Positions 36,880 to 50,988 of a stretch of 64,000 bases of DNA are shown one piece after another. Origin of the DNA: the human T2T-CHM13v2.0 reference genome, Homo sapiens. The stretch is taken from the NCBI RefSeq assembly GCF_009914755.1, contig NC_060936.1, one strand, 5' to 3'. Under the pieces are notes generated by a model. That model was not told the DNA's origin and ran no database searches. It was given only the letters and a program-made list of their open reading frames with translations. The position numbers were made by a program, and so were the translations under genes. Position 1 is the stretch's first letter. The number at the start of each line of letters is the position of its first letter.

Positions 36880-37640
36880 GACCTACAGGAGACGATGCAA
36901 TATATCGGTAGAAAAGTAATGAGAATCTGAACTAAGGCAATAACAGCAAGAAGGGAAAGAAGAAGGCAGAAAGAGAAGCATTTTTTTGTTAGAAGGAATA
37001 GGACTTGGTGGCTCAGTAAAAGTCAAACGTGACACAGAAAGTGGTTAACCATGCATCCAAATTTTCTAACTGAGTAAACTGTGTTGATGAATTATTCTCA
37101 AGATAAATCACAGAAGCAGAAGCACATGATCTGGAAGGAAAAAATCATAAATTTTAGATCTACTTGAGTTTTAGGCTTCTGTGGAGTATGTACTAGGAAA
37201 TACTTAACAAGCAATTGAAACTTGCATTTGCTAAGGTATCCAGAGGGATAAACACTTGAGGGTCATCAGGTATGGTAGGGACATGGTTGAGCTCTCCCAA
37301 AAACAGTTTATATAGTGAGATGAGATAAAAATTGAAAATAAAGTTATGAGAAAAAATAATATTTAGGGATAAGAGGAGGAAATAAAGCTTAAAGTGACAG
37401 ATAATGGGTAAACAGGGAGGCTGGAGAAGCAGCAAGGGAGAGGTTTCTGTGGAAGTTAGAAATGAATGTTTCAAGAACGGAGTAGTCAATCCTATTTGGA
37501 ACAGAGAGAGAGAGATTATGAGGTAAAGAGTGAAGAGAAGACATTCAATCTTAATCTAACCTATGTCAGGGTAGTTTAAGCAGAATTGAAAACCTGATGA
37601 GGAGATAGTAAAAGAGGTATCATGAGGGTAAAGCAGTGTC
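36880..37640 (-). mobile_element. L2 fragment
   Basis: GAACTAAGGCAATAACAG, AATAGGACTTGGTGGC, GAATGTTTCAAGAACGGAGTAGTCAA. Confidence 0.5.
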
Positions 37641-39707
37641 AAGATAAAATTTCTTACGATGAGAAGATAAAATTTTCTTATGAAAATAAAAGTATTTCTA
37701 CAAAAGAGAAAGATTTGAAAGGAAATATACATTTATGATTTCTAGGAGGAGTATCTCTTATATAATAAAATGTAGTCACTAGTGACTATTAAAGGGAAAA
37801 GAATTAGCCATGTTTAAGGTACCTTCCTATCCCATACACTTCTCTCTGCCCTGTACTTAAGGCAACTCCACTGATAGGAAACACATGTTCCCAACTTCAC
37901 TTAAAATATCCAACCCCATGGAAATGTCCTTACCTGCCAGTTATTACGCCCTTTGAAGAGTAGTTTGAACTAAGAAACACAGAAACTATATTCAGGGAGA
38001 GTGGTACTTGGAAGTCTATGTCCAGTCAGAAGTGGTGAGGTCATTTCCCTAAACAGAGAAACTTGGTCTTCAAAGAGAAGCAGAAGCTCAGAGAAAAGAC
38101 ATGGTAAAAAGAATATGTGGCCTGAGAGAGAGAAAGAGAAATGGAGAGAATAGCTATCTCACTCACAACTCACCACCCTGTTTCCAGTGCCAGCTCCCAT
38201 AAAGCCAACCTACACTTCACATTTATGACATGCTCATAATCCCTTTAATCAACAACCTATGTGTGAGAAGTGAATACATTTCTTTCCTTACAACTCAATA
38301 ACTTTGACTATAAAATGCAGTTTCTTTTCTGATTCTTTTTAGGACATTTGCAAAACTTCCAATATAAAGCTATGCAAATAAATTGTAAATGTCTAGTCAC
38401 AATGCTATAAACCTTAATCATGAGCAGGAAGGTGGCATGGCAATCACAATGAACTTTACTTATGGAGAGCAATAAGCTTGTTGCAGCATTTTTTTCAACC
38501 TGTAAAGAGGTAAATCACTTAGACAGACTGTTCCTGAATACTTCTTCACATGATTCTGCTGTATGCTTCATAACACAAATAAATCTCATACCTCCTTCAA
38601 TGAAGGGGGCAGCAGTAAATGTGATTTTTACCACCATACGTATCCATGCTCCCAGATTTTCCAAATCTGTTTCCTAGCTCGTAATCCCCCTTTCTGTCTC
38701 ATCTCTTTTCCGAATTATTACACTCCCCTTCTCCAAACTTCATGGGAAATCACATGCCCATCTATTCTAGTTTGACAGCGTACAACAGTGGAAAAGTTAA
38801 AAAATCTCACCCTCCTACATTTCTGGGAACTGTTAGTCCAGCCAGCCTCCTAACTCTGACACAACTGCTAATTCTACATCTGTGTACCCAGATTTCACTT
38901 GGCACCTCAGTTATCTCCTTTCAGAATGCTGTTTTCACCCTCATTCAGCCCTTCCTACTGGGGGTGGCCTAATTCCAATTTCACAGGTCAATAAACAAGT
39001 TGATGGATTAGCACAATGTTTCGCTGGAGTATCTCACTCTCATTCCTCCCTTCCCATCTACACTTCTTTTCTGTCTAGCTCTGATGCCCAACTACTCCTG
39101 GACCTGGAAATTTCCCCAGGTAAGAGTTGTTACCTGGCAACTAGAGCTCTTGAGAAAAGAGGAATAGACCAAAGGAGGGACCCAAAAAAGAAAACAAAAC
39201 TATAAGTGACTTGAGGACAGAGATTATGTCTATCATGCCCATATTATGCCCTCTGAAACTAGCACAATGCCTGGCATATATAGATATTCAGGAAATATTG
39301 GTAAATAAACAAACTACAAAAAAAAAACAGAATAACAAACCACTCTGCCTACACTCAGCTACTTCCCATTCTCTTAGAAGTTAAACCTTGCAAAAAGACA
39401 CTTGCAATTTCATCTTGCTTAACCTGATCTAACTTCAAACATCACTGGGAACTGTAATCATCATTTACTGAAAAAATAAAGATTAAAAATTAAAAGGAAG
39501 ATTAGTCCATTTTACTTACTAAAGGTAACGTTTTTAATAAGCTCCTCCAAAATGTTTTTCTGGGGTTCTTTTAAAATGTTACTTATTTTCTATGACAATC
39601 ACGTTACATGAATAACTTAATAGATGTATAACTTTAATATTAATAAGTCAGCATAAGTACTAATCATTGTATTATAATGTTATAAAAACATAAAAATATG
39701 AACTTAC

Positions 39708-39747
39708 ATGTTTGGATAAGTTGGGGCTCTTTGAATCAACATCATAC
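39708..39747 (-). CDS. CPNE8: Copine-8 coding exon (probably exon 5), 40 nt: (L)YDVDSKSPNLSKH
   Basis: Acceptor ttcaatcttttag, donor gtaagt; phase 2 to 0; joins both neighbouring exons in frame; YDxD calcium-binding loop. Confidence 0.97.
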
Positions 39748-40004
39748 CTAAAAGATTGAAATATAAAACTCAAATTATTTCCACAAAATACAGCTAGAAA
39801 AAAAACCAGTATTTTCCAAAACACATAAATAATATAAAAATGAATCCAAAATAATACCAATAGGAAGAAAAACTTAGCAAATTTTAAAGTTTCACATATT
39901 CCGTGGCTTACATGCCAGTGGTAGAATTCATGATCCTTGGGTTCTTTCATTTCTAAACACCTAACAAGCCTTAATATTTTCTCAATAATCAATTCTACTT
40001 TTTG

Positions 40005-40062
40005 ATAAGTTTAAACTTTCTCTTTTCTGTGCATAAGTTTAAACCTTCTCTTTTCTGTGCAT
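40005..40062. repeat. 28-bp tandem duplication
   Basis: ATAAGTTTAAAC(T/C)TTCTCTTTTCTGTGC twice, one mismatch. Confidence 0.9.
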
Positions 40063-40137
40063 CAGTAGTATCCCAGTACTGTGCAACTTACTTCAAAATT
40101 CCTTAAAAACTGAAAAGCCCTCTTCTCTGGACATCAT

Positions 40138-40345
40138 TTTAAAGGGCAACATGAGGGATCCTTGAGGTGATAGAAATGTTCTGTATATTGCCAGGATAAA
40201 TGTCAATATCCTATTTGTGATATTGCAAGATGTTGCTACTGGGGGAACCTAGGTAAAGGATACCCAAGTCTCTCTGTATAATTCCTGTATTATTTTTTAC
40301 AACTTCACGTGAATGAATCTATGTTTATCTCAAAATAAAATATTT
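40138..40345 (+). mobile_element. L1MC/L1MB-type 3'UTR fragment
   Basis: AAGGGCAACATGAGGGATCCTTGAGGTGATAGAAATGTTCTGTAT...TTATCTCAAAATAAAA. Confidence 0.7.
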
Positions 40346-42316
40346 TTAAAAATCAAATTAATTATTTAACAAACAGATCCTGGTAACAGGTTGTCCTTAG
40401 CACACATTTTAATTTTTACTTAATATCTTAAATGCTATTGTTAAATTGGCTGCAGTAATGAGACATTATTTTTCCCTAATCACAGAACTTAAAGAAAACA
40501 TACATTTTATGGAAACAAACATATTTACATAAGACTACCATATGTTCTGGTTTTGACCAGTTGGTACTGGAAATTAATCAGTTCTTGGAAAGAGTCTGCA
40601 ATACGATCATTCATTATCACTTTATCCCCTGGCATTAAAGAGTTTGTAGAAGTAGAGAGGACACTGATAGTCAAAATACCTTCAATTTGCCAAATTCTTG
40701 TATAGGAAAATATTTGTACTGACTACAGTCTTTCTCCCAAATCATATTCATTTCAAATTTCTTGTGAATAACCTCCTACCAAAAATTAACTGCCTCTTTA
40801 AAGGTTAAAGTCTCCTCTCTCACATAAGAATGTTCTCACAAATAAAGAAAACATCTCAATCATTAAAAGTTCACTGAGTATACGGATGCTAGGCAGAGGG
40901 TCCATTCACTCTCTAGCAAAGAATGTTTACCATAAACTAGCTTTAGAATTGCAATGGTTCTAGGTAATAATCATCCAGGGATACTAAGGCTTTGAGGTGA
41001 AAGGACAGGGTCTTTTCTAATCAGGCAGACAACACCTGAACAATCTTAGCATTACTCCAAGTGATGGGATGTGAGAGAGAACACACAGAGCCACTCTATA
41101 GAGATCGAATTTCTTGCCTCACCTTCTCTTTTAAAAAATATTATGAATCTCATCAACAGATAACTGGTATTAAAAAAGGGAAGGAAAGTATTATAGAATA
41201 CAGGAGACACAGGAGAAAAATACAATGTGTGACTCTTGTTTGGAGCCTGACTTAAACTAATTGTAAGACATTTTTAAGACAATCAGAGAAATTTCCAAAT
41301 GGCCTGAATGTTAGCTGCCAGTAAGTAGTTATTTGGGGTAAGGCTGGACAATGGCGTGGTGGTCTTATAAAAACAAGCAAACAAACAGGAGGTTCATAAA
41401 TAAGCATCCTTATCTGTGAGAGCTTTATTTTGAAGTATTGGTAGGTGAAATGATTTGCTTTAAAGTGATTCAGCAATAAGTATATAATAAATAACCTGGA
41501 GAAAGTAAATGAACCAAAACTGGCAATACATACATGCCACTTTTGAATCTGCTTGAAAATGTCCATGATAAAACTTAAAATATTTAGAGCTTTTTCTGTC
41601 TTTATCAAAATAGTCTCTCCTCCAGAAGTCCTGTGACTTCCTTTCCACAGGGAGAAGCAGAAAGATGAAGGATTAAATGCAGAGAATATGACTTCTTGTT
41701 ATTATTTTTTAAATAAGGAGGAAGTTAATTGCCTCTCTCTTCCAACAGCACACACTCATTATGACCTGTTTACCTACATAAATGAATTTATTTTCATACT
41801 TTAATAATTAAATTTTACAATAGCAAAAAAAAAAAAAGCATGATGCAAAAACCTGCCTCAGAAGAATTACAAATTACTCTCCTTCGCATCAAGGCATTCT
41901 GAGCACTTTCAACAGCTATAGCCTGGAATTTTAAATCAGCAAATTGCCAACATTTACTGTAGAACTACAGTTGCTAGTACAAAAAAATACATTTTTTTAT
42001 CCAAGAAATGTTTCTTATATAAGAAAATTTTTTTAAAGGTAAGATTGAAATTAGCAACTTAAACAATATCAGAGATGAAACATAGCTGTGCTAGCTCCTT
42101 CTCAAAAATCAACTCTGGAAACTATCTTCTAAAAAGAACCGAGTGTGGACTGGGGAGAAATGACATCGAATGTTCAATTAAGAAGTAAAAGGAAAATGTT
42201 TTCATCACAAAAAGCTTAAGTATCTTCAAATACAATCCTCTTTCACTGTATTTTACAAAGCTTTTTAAATACCATTATCTCATAGGTAATTTACATGATA
42301 TACCTGAATACAATAA

Positions 42317-42669
<353 letters not shown>

Positions 42670-44756
42670 TAAAATTACCATCTTTCTTTTAACACAATTT
42701 TTCTTCTAACTTTTCTAAATATATCAAGACTTCTCCAGTCCCACTCTCACAGGTCATAACATAAACACTACATCCTAACTGGTTACAATGTATACGTGTA
42801 CCTGTGTATCTGTTTATAAGTTCCATACTTTCTTTAAGGAAGACAGAATATATGATCATGGAGGAAGCTTGGTAGTTTCTCCTAAGAGGATGCATCCACT
42901 GTGCCTAAATTTAGTAACAAATTTTGCAAACAACTTCATCCTGCCATTGAAACCTTATTACTACAGTAATGAATTGGCAGTAGCTGATTTGGGTGCCCCT
43001 TAGGATTACGTTTTTGATTCAAGAGTAACAGATATTGATGGAAATTTTTCTTGTATTTCTGGAATTGCAACTAAGGCCCAAAGAAAAAAAACAAAATATG
43101 TGATCATGCTTAGCTCAGAGCTACTGAATCAATCACATTAGGGTCACATACTTTCTCCCTAAAGTTCAGGGGACCAGTCCATGGCCAGGTGATGAACACA
43201 CTATTCATAAGTGAAGACTTTTCCCTCTCTGTTGGGGGGCAGTAGGGAGGTTCTTTCCACTCCCCAAAGCCAAGTAAAGTATGGCTCCAAAATCTGGGAT
43301 GCCTGCAAGGTATCTGGGATGCCTGCAAGAAGGGGAGTGCAGCATCTGGTTCATCAGTAAGCTACGGGGCCCTGCTGCAAGTCCACCCTGGGGCTGTCAA
43401 TAAAAGAGAAACTCACTAGGAAGTTCTAGAAAGTGCTTTCTGAGCGACGAAAAACATAGAATAATGTCCTTTTTGGCCCCTCCTCCATAAGGACAAGACA
43501 AGCAAAGTACTTAAAATGTGTCCTCTGAGGCTGATTCCCACATAAGGTCTGGATTTTTTGGACGGTAGGAGACCCCCATCTCTGTCTCCCAACACCGCCT
43601 ACCTTTTTGCATTCCCACCTCCCTTCTGTCCTGCAAGGAGCTGGGCAATAGCTCCAGCTGAAGGGAGTGCAAGGGAAAAGTCTTAAATGAAGTTTGAGAT
43701 TAAGGTTTTAAAATAAAAAGTACCTAACAATTAACAGAGTAAGATGGTTCTAAGAAACAAAAGTGACTGGAAAGGCATGAAATTAGACTTCGACATTGTT
43801 AAGGGAGCCCTTAACCAATGGGAAAAACCACAGTTGACATGGTGTTGGGACAACTACTAGAAGAAATAAAACAACTTATTTTTCCTCAAAGTGTTGAGAT
43901 CCATCTAAAATATTTTATAATAACATTATACATTTCATGATTATTACCATTTTATTTATCAAGAAAGAAAATAATTATCTAGGTAAGTCATATCTAGACT
44001 CAGATATCCCTTTTTAGTGTTCCAATCTGAATGGAAAAACGAATGAGAAGAGTTATTTCTGAATTATCCTCTATCTGGCACATACTACGAAGTGATAAGG
44101 CTATCCACACTTCCTGCTCAAACGCATTTTGGTACAGCTACTCTACCAATAATAAAGTTTTCAACCATGACAACAAAATGGATTTATTAGGAACCTGTAT
44201 TATCATCAGTGTGATAATTATAATGAAAATAAATAAATGTCAAAGTTTATTACTTTCTCTGTGATATATACATAGCATGATGAAAGAAACCATGTCTCCT
44301 GAATGAGTAAGCACATACCAGATCAAAAAGGCAAGGGAATTTTAGGACTTATAGCCGATAAGGTAATCTTGAAAATATATCTCAGACATACCATAGTAAC
44401 AATAAAAAAAATTATTATCGGTTAACTATTATAGTACTTATAAGAATTTGGGTCAGTGGTAGCAGAAATAAGTTGTCTCTATCTCTTTCTCTCTCTTTTT
44501 CTCTCACTGTCGTTACAATTATTTCAGCACTGAAATTTTTTTAAGTTTATAAAAGCCATTTCTAAAACCTGTTATAATATCCAGTTTAGATAAAACATGT
44601 TCAAAGCTTCTTTTTTAACTTGTTTAGACTTTTATAAAATCAACAGGCATTAAGTAAACCCAAAACAATTCTGAAAACCATTTACATCTATCTGTTGGTC
44701 AATTTACACTAGTGCATCTTTCAGCATGCTGTTCCTTCAACGAACTACATTACTAC

Positions 44757-45217
44757 AGTGAAAATTGATCACACAAAATGAGGTCATTTTTGTCACACCC
44801 AACTAAAACAGAATCAGGACCGATTTTCCCCATGGCAGCAGAGCCATGGGGAAAATCACTTGGGAGTCACAAACACCTACTCCAAGAACTGTCTCACAAG
44901 CCCAATCCAAAACCTCAAGGACCTGCTGTGATTTTGAGACAAGTTTAACCTAGTAATTGCCACCCCTTACCAATCAGAGATCACCAGCTTCTGTAAGACA
45001 CAACCAGCATCAATAAAGTTTCTTTCAAAACAACCTATGTAATTTTTCTCTTTTCCCAGTAAAACTCCAGCCTTTCCTTTTGTTCTCTAACACACCAGAA
45101 ACCATTCTGGTACGTGTGTGTACGTGTGCAAATTGCAATTCTAATTATTGTATATTATTCCTAAATAAACACTTTTCTTAGAGATTAATCTCTGTATGTA
45201 TTTACTTAAGGCTGATA
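44757..45217 (+). mobile_element. ERV1-class solo LTR
   Basis: (A)GTGAAAATTGATC...GTCATTTTTGTCACACCCAACTAAA...CCAATCAG...AATAAA...TGATA; flanks CTAC / CTGC. Confidence 0.7.
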
Positions 45218-46024
45218 CTGCCAATATGTCAGAATATTTGCAGTAGTTCTCTGGGTAGTAGAGGTTGGGACTACTGGGAATTTGTATTGCCTACTTTAAT
45301 CTTTTTTATTTTCCAATTTTTTTACCATGAATATGTTACTTTTACTAGGAATAACACATTGCTAAGAATTTTAAAAACCAATATCACAGGTATAATATAT
45401 ATATATATAACTCGTGAACTATTACACTATTTCCACATTTACTTATGTAGATATCCTGAAGAAATCACAAAAATAATAATGATGATAATAATAATAAGCC
45501 TGTTCTTTCAGGTTAAAGGTTATTATGTGAGTATTCTAAAAAATGGAAAATCAAAAGGAATTAAAGTGATAGCAAAGACACTACATGAACTAAGATGATG
45601 GACTTGTTACTCCTCTTGATGATCTTCTGCAGGTAACCCTTTCTAGCCCTAATTGTTTGAACTTTTCAGCAATCATATAAAATGGAGATGTTCTTTGAAT
45701 TGAATTTCTGAAACTAACAAAATACATGCAAAAGGTAAAACAATACTTATTTAATTCCATTTTGCAATATGCTTTCCCATTTCAAACGTTACACTGTTTC
45801 TGTAAAAATTGCTTCAACTTCAATTAGGAAGTTAAAATATATCCATTTACTTAACATTAATTTATGTTACTTTATAGTTTCCTGACACTCTGAGATAAAT
45901 GTTCCTGGAACAGACAAGTTTTGAGTATCAGGTAATGAATGAAGAGCAGGACATGGATCTAAAAATCAGAGCTAAATAACAGACGAGGAGTTCAGGGAAG
46001 TAACAAAGCTTATAGGATCTCCAA

Positions 46025-46469
46025 TGTTGAAATCAAAATAAAATACACAGATGAATCTCTAAATTAAATCTTTTATTTGGGATGCACAGAATTGCAATTC
46101 AGGGCATATACATGCAGACCAGGGTGATTTTCATTCAGTATGTCCAAAAAACTAAGAGAAGGTTGGGAGTTTTATTAGAAAGAGAAAAGCTATATATTGT
46201 TTTGAAAGAAAACTGATTGGCACTACAGAAGATTTTGGGAGCTGGCAAAAGTGGCAATTGGTGAGTGATGGTGGTAGGTAAAACTAGTCTTAGAGTCATG
46301 GCAGGTCATGACTGTTCTTTAGGGTTACATTGGACCGGTTCAGCAACTGGCCTTGTGGAAAATTCAATTCTTGGAACAGGTGCTATAAGTGCTTTTTCCC
46401 CCTGGCCTGTTGACTCTGATTTAGTTGAGTATGACAAGAATGACTCAATTCATATAATTAACTTTCACA
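46025..46469 (-). mobile_element. ERV1-class solo LTR, same family as 44757-45217
   Basis: TG...CA termini; minus strand starts TGTGAAAGTTAATTAT...GTCATTCTTGTCATACTCAACTAAA; 4-bp TSD CCAA at 46021-46024 and 46470-46473. Confidence 0.8.
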
Positions 46470-46559
46470 CCAAGTTGATTTCAAAGATTTAGAACCAGAC
46501 AGTGGGTACTCCTGTCTGCATCCTATAATCCTAAAATTTGGCTGTAAGTCATTTGTCCT

Positions 46560-46985
46560 CTGAAAACGTAAAGTATACATAAATATATACTACAAAAAGA
46601 TTTGCATCCAAGGAAACTCACTGCAGGATTATATGTAGTAGGAAAAATGGAACCAGCCAAATGCCCATCAGTAAGTGTTTGGTTAAATAAATTACAGTTA
46701 TTTTGAACAATGGAAATTATATAACCTTTAAAATGAATGTGGTATATGCATATTTTGTGGCATAAAAGGATATCTGCAAAATACAAGGTAAAGGAAAATA
46801 TATTTATTGCAATTCCTGTATGCATATGTGTATGCTTAAAGAAAAAAAAAATCCCAGCATATACATTGAGTCATTTGCAGGTTTGGGAGGGGAGGCAATG
46901 CTTTTTTGTATTAGGATAAAAGGAAGCTTTCATTTTAAATGTCTATATCACTTAAAGTTTGCAATAAATATTTATTACTTTCAAC
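46560..46985 (+). mobile_element. Old L1ME-like 3' fragment
   Basis: GGAACCAGCCAAATGCCCATCAGTAAG...GGTTAAATAAATTA. Confidence 0.55.
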
Positions 46986-48349
46986 AGTGAAAACAATGCA
47001 GATGAATGAGAAAGGAAGAAAAAGAAAGGAAAAAACAAAGGGGGGAACAAAGAATCATGAAATAGAGGCTGGTTTTAACATAAAGTTAAGTCTGGGATTA
47101 AGCAGGAAAAATTAAGAGTCCCATGCTGGTGTAAAAGAAAATTCTTAAAAAGCAATTGCTACCAAGGCCCAGAATAATGGGAGAATTCAACCACATACTA
47201 CATGACTTATATCTGTTTTTTAGTGGCAACGCTATGTGCAGCCTCTAAAATAAACATAATCAGGAAGTTACTACATTTCATTTCAGTTTCTCTTCCAATG
47301 AGCCTCATTTTTACTATTTGCAAAGGAGTTTCTAAAAAATAAAAAACCAAATGTGGATGTAATAAATTTTGTTTGATAAATATGACGAATACTCAACATT
47401 CCTGAAGAAAGAAGCTAATATAAGATCTTTTTTAAACACAAGCACTGCAGGTTATTTTACCATGCATATTTTAGAGGAAAATGAGAAAGACTAGTAACAG
47501 TAAAGAGCTGTTATTTTTTACATTATGAAGCAAATTATGACTTTTTCAAATAAGATGTTGATAGCTTTTGTTATCAAAAAGTATTTATAAATTGTAAAAG
47601 TATGGTACATCAGAATTTTCAGCTATTTAAAATAAGACATTTATCTTTTAATGTTCATGAATTTCCTTTAATTATTTTCATATTTTAAGCATATTTTACC
47701 CACCTGCCCACAACAGATTTCCTTTTAACCATATCCAGATACTTCAACAATCACTACAGTTCACTTCTGTGGAAAAAAAACTCTATAATAATATAAACAG
47801 GCTGACTCTAGGTTCTCTGTGGACAGGAACTTGGATTTGACAATAATGTTTTAATATGCCAGACTTAGTATCAAAGTAACAAGAATACTTAACATATTTA
47901 AAATGCTGACTCGATTATCCTGGTCCTTGGAAAAATACAAGGCTACCAAGGGATGAATGGAAGCCATAGTTAGGCAGAGATCCAGGTGCTATGCTAAGAA
48001 GCTGCTGAGCCAAACTTAAGATCTGAGAGACATCAGCCATGGGAGTGGATGTGATAACTTTGGAGTATACATAGAACTTGTAGGAAATCCACTGAAGCAC
48101 AGGGCAGTTGGGAAGAATGTCCATATACACCGTCCTGCATGGCTAAACTGCTCACCTATTCATTCAACATGTATTCAGACCTACAAAATGCAAAGCAGGG
48201 GGCTTGCTTGGGCCACACTCTGAACAGAATTAATCTGGTTTCCTGCCAATATAATCTAGAACTCAGTGCAACCATAGGACCCTGCCTTACATTAGTAATA
48301 TTGTCTTTAAAATCAAATTTTTCTAAACGCAAGTTTTAGTAGAACTTAC

Positions 48350-48453
48350 AAGTCAAAACGAAGATTCTCTCTTTCTTCAAAAAAGTAGTCCAGAATAAAC
48401 TTTCTTACAAAATCAGGATTTAAAGTATTATCAATTACTTCAGTTCTTCCAAA
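48350..48453 (-). CDS. CPNE8: Copine-8 coding exon (probably exon 4), 104 nt: [34 protein letters not shown](L)
   Basis: Acceptor tctctctctctttccacag, donor gtaagt; phase 0 to 2; copine C2A GRTEVIxNxLNP motif. Confidence 0.97.
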
Positions 48454-50657
48454 CTGTGGAAAGAGAGAGAGAATTTAAAATTAAACCTTGTACGGCTACT
48501 TATTACAAGTATAGTACTTAATATCACACAGTTCTTTTAAAAAACAAGCAATAAATATCCAAATAATAGAAATTTTTTAGCGATAAAATCACCTCTCTTA
48601 TTTATTCAGGGAAATCATAAAATAAGCCCTGAGTTCATTCAAAAATCAGCTTCTCCCCAAAATTCATATGACAAACCATAATGCTTCTCCTTCTCCTCTC
48701 CCTACTTGAAAGTTAAATCCTCTTTTAATGAAAAGAAGTTATTTCTACCTAAAATTTAAATGTATTATAAATTATTTTCCTAACCTTGTATATAAGAAGG
48801 CCAGACACTACATATTCTTATAATTGAAGAGATCATAGTATTCATAACCTTCCTCCTCTTTTTATACATAACAGTCCCATATACAATGCCGTTTATTAGC
48901 CATGTTTTGGGGAGAATGCTCTGAAAATCTCCTACACACATATGTCACAACAATCAGTTGTTTCTGATTAATCATGTTTTAATTCTTACCATATCTAGAT
49001 AGCTAAAATGGGACCTATACTTCTTGCATCTTTTAAAGCAATATGCTGCACTTTAGCTTAGAAAAGTGGAAAACAGGAAAAAATATTCCACTTTCTAGTC
49101 CTCCCTCCTTTCAATGTGAAAGAAGGCCATTTGGCACTTCTCCCAAAGATAGAGCACAAATATAAAATTTACATCTCTTTTCTATCCTTGGCTTACATTC
49201 TTCCCTTCCAACTCCCATGGAATTCTAATGAGAGAATTTTAACTTCAGTTCTGAGCAATATTAGGCAATGAAGCATGCTGTCTTATCACAAACCAACTTT
49301 TATTAAAGTTCAATGAAATATTATCTTTTTAATAGGAAAAGAGAAGAACTATGATAATCCATTAAAATGTGAAGCTTTCTTAAATTGTAATAATAAAACT
49401 GTAGTACAAAATATTGATGACATAGGATTTACTAAGGCTACTTCCAATGGATCACTCCCAAAAAGAACAAATTTTCAGAGGCCTATGCCATTGGACAATG
49501 TTTTATATCACAGACCAATATCATACAGACAAATTATAACCCACGTCACTAATTCAACATTTCAATAATATTGAGAATTTACTTTAAACAATAATATCAA
49601 TTACAGCCACCAGTTATTGAGTATTTACCTTGTTCCAAGCACTTTTCACACATTACTTTCAATATTTACTATAATTCTGCATGGTAGAACTAGCCCCATT
49701 TTAGAGATAAGAAAATTAAAGCAGAGTTTCAACCTAAGTCACTTTGGCTACAAAATCTGCATTCTTTCTAGGACTCTCCTCTATTTAAGTGTAAAACATA
49801 GGCCCTGGAGAAGATACAACAATGAGCCTATCCATTTTAATTTTCTAATCTGAAGGGAGTGGGAATAAGAGTATATACCCAAATAACCAGGGGCTGGCAG
49901 TGCTCGCGTACTTCAAGAGAACTGTGCAGAGGTCAGTAAGTTCAAGTATAAACCAGAGGGACCCTCCACCCTCCCACTGTTCCTACTGCTGGGAGGAAAA
50001 ACTGTTTCCAAACCAGAGCAGAGAGCACTAAAGCAGCAAATGCACAACACTCTCAAAGAGAGGCTCAGCCAGTACCCATATTCCCAAGTATCTGGATTTT
50101 TAACCCAAACTCACACTCAGAGAGAATTTTTTAAAATGAAGTGAAATTTCCCACAGTAAGCCCCATTGAGGTGCAGCCAGCAACTCCCCAGAGCCTATTA
50201 GCCCTTAAAACACACACAAGCCTATTTCTCATAGAATGCTGGCTCCTCAGCAATAGGAGTGACTGAGTATACTCTGCTATCTCTAGTAAAGATTAATTTG
50301 TAGCCATTAAAATCCTGGTTTTAGCAAATCATCTATATATTATGACTATATCCATTACAATATGTCTTCTACCACACAGCCCTGAAATTGTTTTTGATGA
50401 TATCACCAGTGACCTTCATATTGCTAAATCCAGTGGTCACTTCTGGCCCTCATCTTGCCAGATCTCTCAGCAGCATGTGACACAGCTGTCCACTCATTCT
50501 TTTTAGAAGCCGTCTTTCCTGACTTTTGACACCACATTCCTCTGTGTTTCTCCTCTTCTCAGATTCTCAAGCATTCAACATCTCATTGGCAGAGCTCAGT
50601 TCAAGGCACTCTTGTTCTCTATACAATCACTTTTTATTAGGTTATTTCATCTGTTCC

Positions 50658-50988
50658 TGCTATAGTTTGAATGTATCCCTTCCAAAATTCAGGTGTTACC
50701 AATGTGACAGTATTAAGATATAGAGCATTTAAGAAGTGATTAGGCCATGAGGGCACCTTTCTCATGAATGGCAGGAAGGCCCTTATGAAAGAGGCTTCAT
50801 ACAGCATTTGGCCATCATTTGCCCTTCCGTCTTCCACCATGTGATACAGCAAGAATGCCCTCACCAGATGCCAGTGCCTTGATCTTGGGCTTCCCAGACT
50901 TCAAAACTGTGAGAAAATAAATTTCTCTTCTTTTTAAATTACGTGGTCTCAGGTATTCTGTTACAGCAACACAAAACAGACCAGGATA
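50658..50988 (+). mobile_element. MST-type (MSTD-like) solo LTR
   Basis: TGCTATAGTTTGAATGT...AAACTGTGAGAAAATAAATTTC...GTCTCAGGTATTCTGTTACAGCAACAC. Confidence 0.85.

Noticed and set aside
37773-37788. Perfect 16-bp palindrome TAGTCACTAGTGACTA
   Set aside because: About one such palindrome is expected by chance in 64 kb.
39672-39992. 106-aa ORF containing YDVDSKSPNLSKH
   Set aside because: Only 39708-39747 is exonic; the rest is read-through of intron in the same frame.
43100-43890. GC-richer segment that might be an old LTR or regulatory element
   Set aside because: I could not identify termini, a TSD or a family with confidence.
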